A DNA stretch of 61,834 bases, filler included, from Rhabdomonas costata (GCA_019059605.1; 10 parts of 10 records of this genome joined end to end with filler, not necessarily neighbours in it), one strand, 5' to 3'; positions 36,217 to 49,234 are shown, counted from the whole stretch's first letter. Notes: generated from the sequence alone by a model not told the origin. A program made the numbers and translations.

Positions 36217-36630
36217 TCATGCCAGCACCAGGCTGGCCAAGTGGGATGCTTGCGAGCGCAAGTGCTGCAGCGCGGCCAGCGACGTGTCGTTGTGGCTGAC
36301 CTTTAGCCGAGCCGACCGCAGCGACGGCAAAAAAAGGTCCAAAGGTTTGGCAGGCGGCAGAGCCTTTGGAGGCGACAGAGCCTCTGGCTGCGGCAGCGAC
36401 AGCGGTGGCCGTGGCGGCTGATCAGAGCCCTCCTCGGGGTCGGGAGGTGGAGCGGGAGGCGGGTCTGGCGCTGCCTGGCGTGGGCCCAGCAGGGTGGCGA
36501 TCTCGCGGACCCCTGCGTCAGACAGGCCGTTACTGCTGACGTCCAGCACGAGGGCCTCGAGGCGGGTAGCGTGGCGGAGGCCCCCACACAGCACAGCCAC
36601 CCCGCCATCCCTCAGCTGGTTGATAAACAG
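36217..36630 (-). CDS. Leucine-rich-repeat (RNI-like) protein, terminal exon
   Basis: After a CACAG acceptor: LFINQLRDGGVAVLCGGLRHATRLEALVLDVSSNGLSDAGVREIATLL...LRSARLKVSHNDTSLAAL...*; LxxLxLxxNxL pattern and GC-rich codons. Confidence 0.75.
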   Translation of the reverse strand: MFINQLRDGGVAVLCGGLRHATRLEALVLDVSSNGLSDAGVREIATLLGPRQAAPDPPPAPPPDPEEGSDQPPRPPLSLPQPEALSPPKALPPAKPLDLFLPSLRSARLKVSHNDTSLAALQHLRSQASHLASLVLA

Positions 36631-37548
36631 CTGTGGGCAAAGATGGCAGAACTGGGAAGATAGATCGGGGAAGAAGAGGGGGGCTCAGGAGTCGCAGTTA
36701 CTGCAATCCTGCACGCGGCAAAAAGACCCACAAACAGCAGCTCCGACTCAATCCGGTGCTAGCATGAAGTACTACGCCTTGGTTGGCTTCGGATGGGTGC
36801 AGGCCTCTAAAGTTCCCATAAATGCACGTGCCGCCTTTGACAATGTGGTAAAGGCCATTCGAAAAAACCATGATAGGACAAAAAATTGGGAGGGGGTCAC
36901 TCCTCCGCCCGGAAAGTGGATCTTGGAAAGTGGTGTTGCGATTCCGGAGAAGCTTCAAATCAACTCATCATCTCAGGAGTGCCACCAAACCACCAAATGT
37001 GAGCCCCAATTCACCACTGTGGCTGCACCGAAGAATCCATCACAAGGAAGTACGAAAGAAGAACTCAGTATAAAGACCTAATCCCCATTCTTCATTGGAA
37101 ATCTTTCGATCGCCATCTGCGGGGGTTGTCGTGGAGGTTTATGATTGCAAAACAAAAAGAGAAGCCCCCAACTATCGCCATTCAAACTCCTGAACTCGCG
37201 AATGGCAGAAGCTTGTCAAAGAAATTTGGGGGAAACCATTTGCAACGTGTGAGAGGACTTGACGAAGTGCTGGGTGGCAATAGAGAAATTAAAATAAAAG
37301 AATGTGTGAGCGAGCGAGTGAGCGACATCATGCGGTCACTCCCAACGTGATGCCTTCTGCGGAAGACCGCGTGTGAGTGTCATTATTCAACAACAACAAC
37401 AACAGCGTGATTTCTGGGATTGTCATGGATATGCAGAAGCATCGGAACTGCACTTACGGGACAGGCCGCTTGCAGTGTGTCCTCGAGCTGTTTTGTGGTG
37501 GTGGTGACTGCGGGGTTGGGGACGCTTTTCTGCCACGTTGGCTCACAG

Positions 37549-40500
37549 GTGTGGAGATGCTGTTCATTCTTTGCAAGCAATGGCAGAACCACCGGGTTCT
37601 CGCGCAGTGGTGTGAAAGAACGTTCAGACATCTGGTATCCCCCTTTCCTCCTCTCCCTTCTTTGCTGAGGAGTACTTTGCGATATATTGTGCGCGATCTC
37701 CCTCCCCTGCCCACTGCCCATCGGCCGAGATCGGTAGCGCTTTCGTTTCGGTTTAATCGTTTGAGATGATTGAGGATGTTACAGGTGGGGGGATCGCCAA
37801 AATTCACGAGCGCCGGATATTAACGTTGTGATTTGCGAGGCGTTTCAGTCTAATCTACCCCTGGCTTGTGCGTCACCGTTGATGTCAGCACAGCGGTTGT
37901 GCATTGGGTACAAGCAGAGGGCCTTTTTACTACTTTCCGATGGTGCGAAATTCTTTGAGTTTGCTGCCGTGCTTAGTTCGACTGAGTCTCACNNNNNNNN
38001 NNNNNNNNNNNNNNNNNNNNNNNNNNNNNNNNNNNNNNNNNNNNNNNNNNNNNNNNNNNNNNNNNNNNNNNNNNNNNNNNNNNNNNNNNNNNNNNNNNNN
38101 NNNNNNNNNNNNNNNNNNNNNNNNNNNNNNNNNNNNNNNNNNNNNNNNNNNNNNNNNNNNNNNNNNNNNNNNNNNNNNNNNNNNNNNNNNNNNNNNNNNN
38201 NNNNNNNNNNNNNNNNNNNNNNNNNNNNNNNNNNNNNNNNNNNNNNNNNNNNNNNNNNNNNNNNNNNNNNNNNNNNNNNNNNNNNNNNNNNNNNNNNNNN
38301 NNNNNNNNNNNNNNNNNNNNNNNNNNNNNNNNNNNNNNNNNNNNNNNNNNNNNNNNNNNNNNNNNNNNNNNNNNNNNNNNNNNNNNNNNNNNNNNTGTGT
38401 TGGCTGTATTTGGAGGTTAGGGTAACCGGTAACCTGAGAACACCGCACGCTTGGCACTTTAATGGTTTTTTTTGGTAATGCTGCCCTTGGACAGCGCGGC
38501 AGGAGCAGGTGGCTGATTTGGGACGCTCCTTGGGTTGCGTGACGCTTCCTTTAAACGAAGGCAATCCACTGAACCGGTCACTTCTTTTTTACGTTATCAT
38601 TTTTAGTGCTCGGGATGTTCGGTAAATTGCATTAATTACTTCTCACTACCCCTACCCAATTTATTACTTATACTGATTTTGTTGGCAAGAGGTACACAGC
38701 TTTCCGGCCGCGTACATAAAATCTGATAATATGATAATATGATCACGTATGATGACGATGGTAGCGTCTTGCGATGCTGAATGTTTGAGACCCTCCTGCA
38801 GTTTATAAGAATTCCAGTGTGCGCAATTGAGGGTTCTACCCGAAGCCACTTCTTGAAAGTCGTTGTTTGTTTTGGAGAATTTAAAGCGCGTTTTTCGTGT
38901 TCCAATACCTTGAAACGGGGGGTAGGTCACCCCAACCCTCTCTGTCCGTGTGTGTGCGCGCAGTATGGAAGGGTGAAGCAGTCGTTTGTGGTGGCCATGC
39001 TGGCTGAGATTGAGAAGGACCGGAACGGCGCGGTGGCCGACTTGGGGGCTGTCAAAGTGGGCACCACAGTGTGCCGTGCCGTTTTGTTGTTCTTTCCCAT
39101 CTCCCTTCTGAGCTTCGCTGCATTCTGGGGTGTTTTTGTGGTGTGTGTGTGTGTTTGTTTTTCTTTACTTTGTGGTTCTGCTTATGGTGGTGGTGGGGAG
39201 AGCTCGCGGAGCACCCATCTTGAAGGGACGGGAAGGAACCACTTGCTTCGGCTCACATATTTACCTAATTTGCTGAAGAATTTCCGATGTGGGCCCCCTT
39301 GGGTCCCGAGCCGGACCTGGGAGTGTGGCATATGGAAATCACCACAAACCACAACTTCATTGGACAATTGGCGATTGGCGCCCAAATTTTATGGGATTTT
39401 TTCCTTTTAGTAGTGAACTGGCAGCTTCCCTGCCCCTGCGCAAGAGACTCTGCGTAGGTCTTTTCTTAGTATGTCGTTCTTCTAAATATGAGGCACTTTG
39501 CAGGCAGCATATTTCCACCTCTATCCCTCTTACTGTGCTCTTGCTGCGGAATTCCAGATGCTGTTGGAGCTGGGCGTTGGCGAAAGAAACGAGACGAAGC
39601 TCTACTGTGAAGACTTCCAGAAGGCCTTCCTGGAGGCCACCCGGGTATACTACCACCGTGCCTGCGCGGAAATTCTGCACCAGGAGGGCGGGCGGTGGCG
39701 GTTTTTGGAGTGGGCGGAGCAGAGGCTGGCCCAGGAAGCCCGCCGTGTGGCTCAGTGCCTGCTTTCCATCACGGCCGAGCCTCTGCAGAAAGTCCTGGAC
39801 GAGGTCATTCTGAAGGTTTTTGTGTCAGTGTCTGTATGCAGATGTGAGAAGCAGAGAGGGTCGATAGTCCAGTTCCCGACCTGACGATCCGAATTCCAGA
39901 GAAACAGGAAAGAAGTCTTGAGTCTTTATGCCTGATTCCCCCCGCGCGGTGGATTCTGCGACCGATCTTAGCACGATGGTCCGAGGCAATATCCGGTAAC
40001 CTTTTGAGTATGACTTGAGGCAAATCGGAGAGAGGCCAAAGTGCCCTGTGGGCCAGTTGGTGGAGAGCCCGTTGATAGATGCCAATGTAGGGAATTCTGT
40101 ACTTCATGGAGGTGTTCATGGAGGTGGTTTCTGGATCTTGGCTGCGAAACCTTTTGTGGTGATTCTTCTGAGCTTTCTGTGGAGATGGGATTAGGTGGAT
40201 GTTTTTATGCGGTTTTCGGGTGATCACTTTCACCTCTTGGGTTTGCTGAGATGTCTGTCTCTCCCCCCACAGGACCAACTGCCGACCTTGCTGGTGGACT
40301 TGAAAGGTAGCTCTGAGGCCTTGGACCCTTCCAAAGCCGAAGGTGATGCTTTGTGTGCGTGTAATTTTGGTCGCCTTCTTCATCCTTCTTACACTTCTGT
40401 TTGCTCGTATTGTTTTTTTTTGCAATACTTGTCCATTCTTGTCCATACATATGGGGTTGGCGGTGACGTCGGAAAAGTGGTTATTCATTCTTCTGCCCTA

Positions 40501-42980
40501 CCCCGAGTTTTTATTCAGGATTTTTTCCCGATCGCTCACCGCAAGTAGCGGCACAGAATTGATTCGAAACAGCCGCCAAGGGGCACCCCAACCGGACCGG
40601 ACGAAGGTGAAAGTTCAGGAAACCCTCTTCCCAAAAAGACCCTCCCCGCAGTGTATTAGAAAGTGCACATATAAATGACCCCAGTCCTTCTTCGACGTCG
40701 CCCGATGCCGGCCACTTCAAATTCTCGATATTTGCTTGGTAACGGGCTTCGCGAGCGGAAGCTTCTCGTTGCTGTGGTGGGAGGACTCTGTCTGTAGACC
40801 AGCGGCGGATGTTCACTCTGTGCAAGCGGATCGATGGAGGGCTGGCGAAGATGGCCGATGTGTTTCGAGAGCTGATCAGCAAGGAGGGTGCCAAGCTCAA
40901 CGCAGCGTTCTGCAAGGTTGCTCCGCACTCATCCTCGATGCCCACCGCTCCACTCCAGACTCTGTGTCAGCTTGTGTCACCGTCGTTTCGGTGTATCCGC
41001 CGACATCCGCGGACTGTGTTAACTTTTCTTGCCCGAGTTTGCAGTACTTGGCTTCGAGTTGCGGGCACCTCGTTTGTACGAGCTTGCACGGTTAGCTTTC
41101 ACCCGGCTCGGCTCCAGTCTTTTGCGTTGCAGAGCGTGCCAGCTCTGTGGTCAGGAAACGCCAATCCATACACACCGTGACATCAACCGACCAACTTTCG
41201 CGCTAGTGCATTTAATCCCCCTCCCACCTCAATTGGTCGGTCAATAGAAGCTTTTTGCAGGGTGCATAAATGCACTAATGCCCCCATCGGTTTGAATTGC
41301 AGGCACCCTGCTTGTACTTGCCGTGTTAGCTTGTTGGCTGTCTTGTCCGCATCATCTGTGAAGGTCCTGCTGGCTTTGGTCCCGGGAAAGGCTACCCAGA
41401 TATTGCGTGTAAGTGTCAAAGAAAGCATAGCATGCGCAGTAGCTTGGGTGAACAGTACGGCAGGAAATACCGTGCACGTTTCGTTGAGGGAGGAGGTAGC
41501 AAAGTGTCTTCATCAGGATAGAAACCCGACAGGTAGGAAATTTGTTCCTCCCGAACGCTTCCGAGGAGATGTCTATCTACCTCATGGAGAAAGCGTCACC
41601 ATGGGCAGAATCCGGATTTTTTTTTTTTGCAGAGACGCACACACGCACTTGGACTCAGCTAATAGAGGGAGCTTACATGCACATGGACGCCTCCCGATCC
41701 GAAGAGCTGAATTCCGGGGCCCTCAATAGCAATAAACTGTTAGCGAGCTGGAATCAGCCGCTTTACTGGCCCTGTATGGTTGAATGTCTCGTGACAATAG
41801 GGGGAGAAGGACCTGGTGGCGTACGTAGAGGTGGTGTTGGAGTTGCACGGTAGGTGCGAGGAGATGATCTCCACTCGCTTGGAGAAGTGCTCCACGTTCT
41901 TATCAGCGCTGATGTCGGTGTGAGGGATTGTGCTTAGCTTTGGCGAAGAGAATGGGTATGCGCAGGTGTGATTTGGTTCACGGGCTTTGCCCCAAAATAT
42001 TCTTGTGCCCATGAAAGTTCCACCTCAATCGATTGCCAAGGTTTTAGATCCGCTGATACCCCCCCTGCTATCGCATTGTTCTTCGTTGTGATGATGCTCA
42101 CGGTATCCCATACAGAGTTTTTTTTGGGGTGGGGGTGCTGTTTAAAACTTCTATCGCCATGCCTAAGTGGGGCAACTTGACCCCCAAAATCCGGGCGCCG
42201 CCCTCGCATCCCGCAGCGAGATTTCTGTTTCTGACGGAAACCCACATCACCCTCCCTTCAGAAACTGCTCTGCGCTTCAAGGGAACGTCATCAGCAGAAT
42301 CCCTTGCCGTGATCGTTCTATTACTTTATTTTCGTACCGTGAACGCTGCTTCTCCTTTACAGCACGAGTTATTTGTCTCGCGGCAGTTTTAGCTTGTACC
42401 CTTCCCTGCGTCTGTTCTGTGCATCCCCCCCTCCTGGTGTGCCAGGGGTTTGAAGCCTTCATTAACGCCCCTCTGTGCCGGGAAGTCCAGGAGAACAAGA
42501 CGGTGAAGTACTGCTTTGCAGGTTGGCTTTGTTGGTAATGGTGGTGGACAGGTATCGAAAAGTTAGTGAGGTCCGTTCGCCGCATCTGGTCGGCCACAGT
42601 CCATTTGCAACGAACTAAGAAAAGGTTTCTTCTGCTGATAAAAAGCTGCTTTTTCCCGTGGGTGGGTGCACCGGCAGAGATTCTCCCGACGTTTTGTGAT
42701 CACATCATGAGAAACGAGAAGATCACACCCGACCAATTTGCGGCGAAGCTGGACAGCATCATGAGCATCTTCGCTTGTATCAGGTGCGCCCGGCTCATAC
42801 CAAAGCTGCCTCCTTGCCTGCTGTTCTGCCTCCTCTGCTCTGCCTTTTGACCGAAGGACGCATTCCAGGGTGGTTTGTGCTTCGGCTCAGTGACAAGCAG
42901 CACTTCGAGGAGGTGTACCGTCATAAACTCTCCAAGCGGCTCGTGGTCACGAAGACCGATCCGGACCACGAGAAGGAGCT
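37549..42980 (+). CDS. Cullin (CUL1-like), internal exons: 37549-37635, 38964-39068, 39558-39815, 40273-40342, 40798-40916, ~41854-41917, 42446-42502, 42678-42783, 42891-42980. Some exons unresolved or lost in the gap
   Basis: Cullin motifs: QWQNHRVLAQWCERTFRHL, IEKDRNG, YCEDFQKAFLEATRVYY, QEARRVAQCL, RMFTLCKRIDGGLAKMADVF, FLSALMS|GFEAFIN, EILPTFCDHIM, DKQHFEEVYRHKLSKRL. Confidence 0.88.
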
Positions 42981-43249
42981 NNNNNNNNNNNNNNNNNNNN
43001 NNNNNNNNNNNNNNNNNNNNNNNNTTAATTAATTAANNNNNNNNNNNNNNNNNNNNNNNNNNNNNNNNNNNNNNNNNNNNTTTTGTTGTTTCCTCTTACA
43101 CACAGACGAAAGTGAACCACTACACCTATATTCTGACTTGGTTTTCCGGTCAAATGACCCCTTAATTGAATCGTGAAGGGTTTGGCGGCTGATTCGTTGG
43201 TCACCAGGATAGTTGTTCAGAGCGGTTCTTTTTACACGGCGTCACTCAG

Positions 43250-43468
43250 ACGGAGGAACGGGAATGGATGTACACGCTGGAACAGCAGGACAAGAGCAAC
43301 CGCTACGGGGACTACACCCTGGCTTTCACGGAACTTCGGCGCGGGGAGCTTGCCGGGGCCAAGGCGGCGGTGGAGAAGTACCTCAGCCGGAATCCCAACG
43401 ACGACGATGCGCTGCGGCTCCTGCAGACCATCCAGGAGGACCCCAAGGCCGGGGTCGATCTAGTGTAA
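43250..43468 (+). CDS. Terminal exon with an EWMY motif and TPR-like helix pair; possibly the C-terminus of a protist nucleotide-cyclase-like protein
   Basis: After a CTCAG acceptor: TEEREWMYTLEQQDKSNRYGDYTLAFTELRRGELAGAKAAVEKYLSRNPNDDDALRLLQTIQEDPKAGVDLV*; high GC3. The family assignment is from memory. Confidence 0.6.
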   Translation, partial: TEEREWMYTLEQQDKSNRYGDYTLAFTELRRGELAGAKAAVEKYLSRNPNDDDALRLLQTIQEDPKAGVDLV

Positions 43469-44928
43469 GCGTGCCCCCTGTACATACAATTCACTTCACG
43501 CATCTGTTTACGGCGGACGCCCAGAGTAGAGGAGCGCAGGGGAGTGCGGTTTACTCCACTCGCCTGCCTGCTCCTTTTTGTTTGTTTATCTGGTTTGTAA
43601 AGTGTGAGGCAAGGCTTTCTTGAGACGATTCGTATCACATAATGTGATGCTGCTCGTTGGAATTTATGCACGACCGCATGAACGTTGTGGCATTTTTGTG
43701 GTGTTTCGTTGAACTGTGGTTGCTCCCCCTTTTTCTTGTTTCTGCTTCCTATTTTACAGGAGCTCCTCCACATCGCCCTGTATGTGTTGTGTGTGTGATT
43801 CAGTGCAAGTGCCTTTGCCTCTTGTGCGTTGTTCACATTGTCGTGTATGCACCACTTCGTCTTTTCAAAGCTGGGTGGGTTTGCGACTTCTTGTCCTGCG
43901 TCCCCTGGCCCAGATGTGCCTTGTAGTGTGACCTCTGCGGCATCCAATTTTTTTGGGGTGGGTTGGCATGCACCCTCGTTTGTCTGTTTGTGGTTTGGGG
44001 GGTGAGGGGTGGCATTTTTCTCATGTGCAGCTCCCTGCATTGACTTTTATATTCGTGCTGGTTTGAGAGGCATTGCGCTGCCTCGTCTCATGCTCTGTCG
44101 TGCTGTATCAACTTGCCGGCTGTTGCGACACCCCCATGTCGGGGGGTTCTCAGAAACGGGCGCCACTTTTACTCGTTTTCCAGTATGGTATGGTGCAGTT
44201 ATTAGTTCTGGGATTCTGAGGCTCAGTTTACTTTCATTCGACCCATGCGGTTGCGGTTGATGGTGATGACCGCCAAACGGAGCTCTTTGGCAGTGCGGGC
44301 AGATAGGCGGAGACTTTGAGAAGCCTCATCATTTGATCCCTCCTGGTAAGCAGTCGGGGGCCTGCGTCGCTGGGTTGTAGACGTGTTTGCCTTTTGATTA
44401 AGAACGTAGAAGTTTGGTGGATTGACGCAGGTCTGAAACCGCAGAGAAAATTACACCGTTACACCGTGGCTGTGCCGGAGTTGAGGATCATTTTTCTCTT
44501 GCTGCGAGGTGAGCGGTCAGTTGAATTCGGAAGAAGACCTGATGCCGCAGGGTTCCAAATCAACAATAAGGAGACTCTGCTCGCAGGCATATTGAGCATT
44601 AGGAACTTCGCGGTTGTAACGGTGCACTTACTGCAGACGAAACGTCGCCAGGTACCTAAAAAGAAAGTGTCGACATGGTTGGTCGGAGAGTGATTCCCGA
44701 AAGTTGGGCCCCAGACGGGGGGGAGAGGGTCTGTTCTTATGGGTATCAACCTCCCCTCCACAAGAAATTGGCACAGCTGTAATCAGTATATCATAATTGT
44801 GAAATGGATTTCTGCCGAGCTTTCCTCTAAAGGTTGTGATGGCACCCGCCACAATGCGTGTGCACGGGCACCCGATCATATGTCTTCGACGGTTGTGGCT
44901 TTTCTGTGCTGCAGTCCCTTGCCAGAGA

Positions 44929-47900
44929 ATGATATCGGAGTGCAGCTCTGAAGCATCTCCTAGGCAACTCGTGAGGTCCACGGGTTCACATGCCTCCGAC
45001 CTGTCGGGTGAGGGCGAAGCCGTCGGAGGCAGCTTCTCTGAGGCCTCCTCAGAGGATGGCGGTGCCCTCGACCCGTTGATGGACGACGACGAGCAGGCGG
45101 TAGCGGAGTGCCGGAATTGCGTGGTGTGCCCCAAGGACTTGCCGTTCTCTGTGGACAGCGCGCTGGCAATTGCCTCGAACCCGTTCAAGATGGGCTTCCC
45201 CGGGGCCCTGGAGCAGGAGTACCGCGACTGGGCCCACATGCGGTACATCCCGTGCCGGCTGTGGCTGCTGATCTCGGGGTTCCTGGCGGAGGTGGACATC
45301 TTCACGTACGGGGAGCTCTCGCACTCCGTGGACATTGTGCTGATGCACCTGGTGGTGCTTGCCCAGGTGGTGCTGGTGGGGCTGCTGTCGATCCCGCGGC
45401 TGTACCCGTACCGGAGGTTCCTAGTGCTGGGGATGGGCCTGCACAACCTGGTGTGGACGGGGCTGTGTACGCAGCAGGTGGTGCACCAGGTCTCTGGGGT
45501 GCACCAGAACACGTTTGTGGTGCTGCCGTTCTACTGCAGCTTCGCGTGCGTGGTGGCTGCACAGGTGTCTGGGATCGCGGGTGGGGGGAGGAGAATAGCA
45601 GGATCCTGTTGCAGCGGTTTTTGGTTTTAGTTGAAATGCAGCGACCGACTCAGCAAAGCATGCAATGATTCAATTGTGTAGGGAGTGGGGCAGTCCCGTT
45701 TTAGATGGTGATAAATCTTGCTGATAAATGCGGTGAAAGGGAAGTGTTGGATTGTTTGGTTTGTCCGGGACCCGTTTGCATATGTTGATTCGTTGCTTGT
45801 GAAGCACCCGCCTTCTTCTGGTGCACTCTGGGTTCTCTGTAAGTTGTTTAGCGTCCTCTGTGTGTATGCTCAGATTCCTGCCCGCTATGTGATGTTCATC
45901 TTCCTGCTTTTTCCCTTGGCGAACGCTCTCTGGAGAATTGTTCTGTACTACAACACGCGATCCGCAGTGGTACTTCTGCTGTGGTGGTGGGTGATTGCGG
46001 CATGGTCGTACCTGTTCGAGCGGGTCACTCGGGGGCTCTTCGTTTGGCACCGCGCTGCTACCCAGGTATTGTCAATTTTGCCATGTGCTTCTTTCCGTGA
46101 TGCGACGGGACATTTTGGCTGTGGTGCTGCTGCTACAGTTTTCTCACCGCTCATTGTACTTCGCCTTTGCTCCGATTATCCTGCTTTCCTTTCCTTTTTG
46201 CAGGCTCAGCAGCAGCAAGAGAAGCTTCAGCAGGAGACGCGATCTATGTTGCAAGCCATTCTTCCCCCTTCGCTTTGCCAGTACCTTCGATTGTGTGCGG
46301 GAAACGCGGCGAACGCGGGGAACTCAGCCTCCGCCACCGATGGGAAGCAGCCACCGGTGATCAGCCGATACATGGAGCGCGTCCTGATTGTTGTTATGAG
46401 TCGTATCAGAGATCCAGAGGCGGCCGGAACCGCCGGAGCCGTCTTGGACGGGGCATCCCAAATATTTGAGCAGCACGGGTTTCAGAAACTGAATTCGCAA
46501 GCTGATTCTGTTGCCTTGATGAAGGTTCTTGACAGCGAAAGCAGTGACACGCAGGACAAGCTCGCCTTGCTTGAGCTTCTGCGCCTTGCTGCGGCCTCGC
46601 TGCTGCCCAGCACGAGCACCAAGGCAGTGGTGCGGTTTGGGATTCACCTGGGGTCGGCAGTGAGCGGGCTTATAGTCACGCGGGCTTTTGTGAAACAAGC
46701 GATGCTATCTACTGGGCTGGTCACTGCCCACAAGCTTGGCAAAGTGCAAGTTGAAACCATTGTTCAGGACGACTCCCTTGTGCTTGCGTTGATGCTGCAG
46801 TCTACGCTGACCGCGACAGATATTCCAGTGAGCTCCGTCGCCTTCACGGAAGCCGCAATTACGTCGACCTCCAGTGCAGATGTGGTTGCCGTTCTGAACC
46901 TCAGCCGTCAGCCCACGCGAGGGTCGGCGCTGGCCCCACCTCCTGTGAACTCCTCCTCGAACGCCCCCGATGCAGGCGAGGCGGTATCGCTGCTGAAGAA
47001 TCTGATGTGCGAGGCTTCGGTGACCCACGATGAGGTGCAGTTGGGTCCACTACCGCGTCTGCCGTGGAAAAGCATATTCAGCCTGTCCGGGTTGAGGTTT
47101 GAGTTCAGCCTGTTCGAGGCCAACTACCGCGAGTTCGTGCTGTACACCTTGCCCGAGCTTTTCTACGTGCTGGTGGGGTGCCAGCTGTTTTGTGGGCTGT
47201 GGAGCATCGTGGGCTCGCTGGCGGTGATCCTTCCGTGCCACCCTGTGAGTCTCCCGGCGGGGATCCTGCCGTGGGTGGGAGCCCTTGTGGTGCTTTTGGG
47301 TGCGAGCATTCCTCCCTCAGTGTCGCTTTTGCGGGAGCTGCGCCGTCCCGAGATCCGCCGAAGCAAAATCAACGGCTTGCTGGCCGTGCTGCTGAGCATC
47401 ATGCTGGGATACTATATTGTGTGTCTCGTGCTGGTATACATGCAGCCGGGGCTTTCTCAGAGCAGTGACTGGGACGACTATGTTTCAGCAGCGACTCGAG
47501 GGGAGTCCCACTTCAGTCCCTTTGATGGCCAGGAGTGCATCAACATGCTGTACAACATGAGCTTCTTTGTTCTGTTTGGGATTTACTTCTGCGTGTCTGT
47601 GATCCCGCTGCACATCTGCACTACGTTGCGTGTGGCGGGAATCGCGGTGCTGTTCGTGTCGACCTCTGCGACGGCCACGGTGATCTTTCACCACACGGAC
47701 TACAAGGAGAACGTTCTTGCCCCTGTGGTGTGCCTGATGGTGATCATGGTGGAGCTGCTGGTGCGGTACTTCTACAAGGCCCTGCTTACGGCACACCGCT
47801 GCCACCTGGACATTGAGCAGCAGCCCGAGATGCAGGCCCGGCAGGCCGTGATGCTTGCCAGCATGCCCGCCCGGCTTTCGCAGGCCCCGGAGAACACAGT

Positions 47901-48846
47901 GATCCACCGCACGGCTGCGGTGGTGCTTCTGCACTTCCCTCTGCTGGACGCGCTGGTTGGGGACCCGGAACTGTCGTCAGCGAAGGCTCTGCGTGCGTTT
48001 GAGGACCTTGTGAAGCTGAACAAGGTAGTGCAGCGGAACCTTGTCCGAGGCAATGTTGGGATCGAGGCGTGTGTTGTGCAGGAAACGCTGTCGTCGGGGC
48101 GATGTGGGCTGCAGTTGTTTGTACCCTGTCCTGCTGATGTGGGCAGCTTTACCCAGGCTTTGGTGGCATTCGCGGAGCACCTGGCGCTGCAGCTCCGATG
48201 CAGCACCTCCATTGGGCTGAATTACCCCGCAGTATTCTTCCTTTCCATGGGTGTTTCGGCGATCACGGAGAGCTTCCGTGATGGCAGCCACCAGGTGGAC
48301 GGCGCTGCCGTGGGGGAGGCGGAGAGGTTTCTGACGCGATGCCCTTTGAATGGCATAGCTTGCGGGTTCCTCACGGAGACCACCAGAGCTCAGCTTTCCT
48401 TCTGCTCCATGAGATCTGCGGTGAGCCGCCGCTCTTTTTGCAGCGCTGTGAGCCGGATGAGTCGCCACAGCTTTCGCAGCACCAGCACCGTTTCGCGTAA
48501 AGCGAACCCAAGCAGGCCCCACACCCATTCGGGTCCTGAGAGGCAGTATGTTTGTCTTGCTCTGGTGTGGACTTACGTCGCCCCACAGGTTAGCTCTGAG
48601 AACATCAAGGGTCTCCCAAATTCAACAAGCGTTAGTTCCCTGACGGCTTCTCCGCCAACCGTGGCGCCGGGCTTCACTGCAGGGCATGCCCAGGACCTGG
48701 AAATGGTGAGCGACTCCCTGCGGGGAACCGCGGTGTCCGTCCAGCTGGATCTGACGCAAGGGTGCGTACCCGAGGAAAAAAAGAGAAAATCTTGCTTTTG
48801 CGTTTGCAGCGATGAGTTCGAGCTGCTTTGGGCTATTTTCCGGTGA
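44929..48846 (+). CDS. Polytopic membrane protein with two degenerate class III nucleotide-cyclase-like domains. Exons 44929-45564, 45874-46065, 46204-48846
   Basis: Two multi-TM blocks, each preceded by a 'F...(L/F)E..Y' motif (GFPGALEQEY; FEFSLFEANY) and followed by a coiled linker and a cyclase-like segment (QKLNSQADS...VVRFGIHLGSAVSGLIV; QVDGAAVGEAERF). Confidence 0.7.
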
Positions 48847-49234
48847 TCAGCTCTGCAACTTCCCCGAAAATGTACCATTCCAATTGACTGCGTGTGTCCA
48901 AAAAACCNNNNNNNNNNNNNNNNNNNNNNNNNNNNNNNNNNNNNNNNNNNNTTAATTAATTAANNNNNNNNNNNNNNNNNNNNNNNNNNNNNNNNNNNNN
49001 NNNNNNNTGCTGCTACCGTTCAGCACGTGGTACGAGGTCTTTCAGATGATTAAGCGCCAGCCTCGAAGCAGTTCCTGGAGTCTGCTGTGCAGCATGGGCG
49101 CAGTGCAGGTCTGTCCCAAGCCTTCTGCGAGCAACAGACACCCCTCCGCATAGGTTGAAACTCAGAGCGCATTTGCTTTTCCTCTCTTATGCTGACTACC
49201 GACCCAAGCTGCACCGAATGCCACTGAAAAGCAC

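Noticed and set aside
40703-40720. CGATGCCGGCCACTTCAA resembles (from memory) part of the ingi/RIME 77-79-nt HDV-like ribozyme signature
   Set aside because: The flanking P1 and P3 pairing partners are absent, so the fold cannot form; treated as chance or an unusable remnant.
45718-45873. N-terminal part of the 1042-aa ORF call
   Set aside because: Lies in the intron between donor 45565 and acceptor 45873; open by chance.
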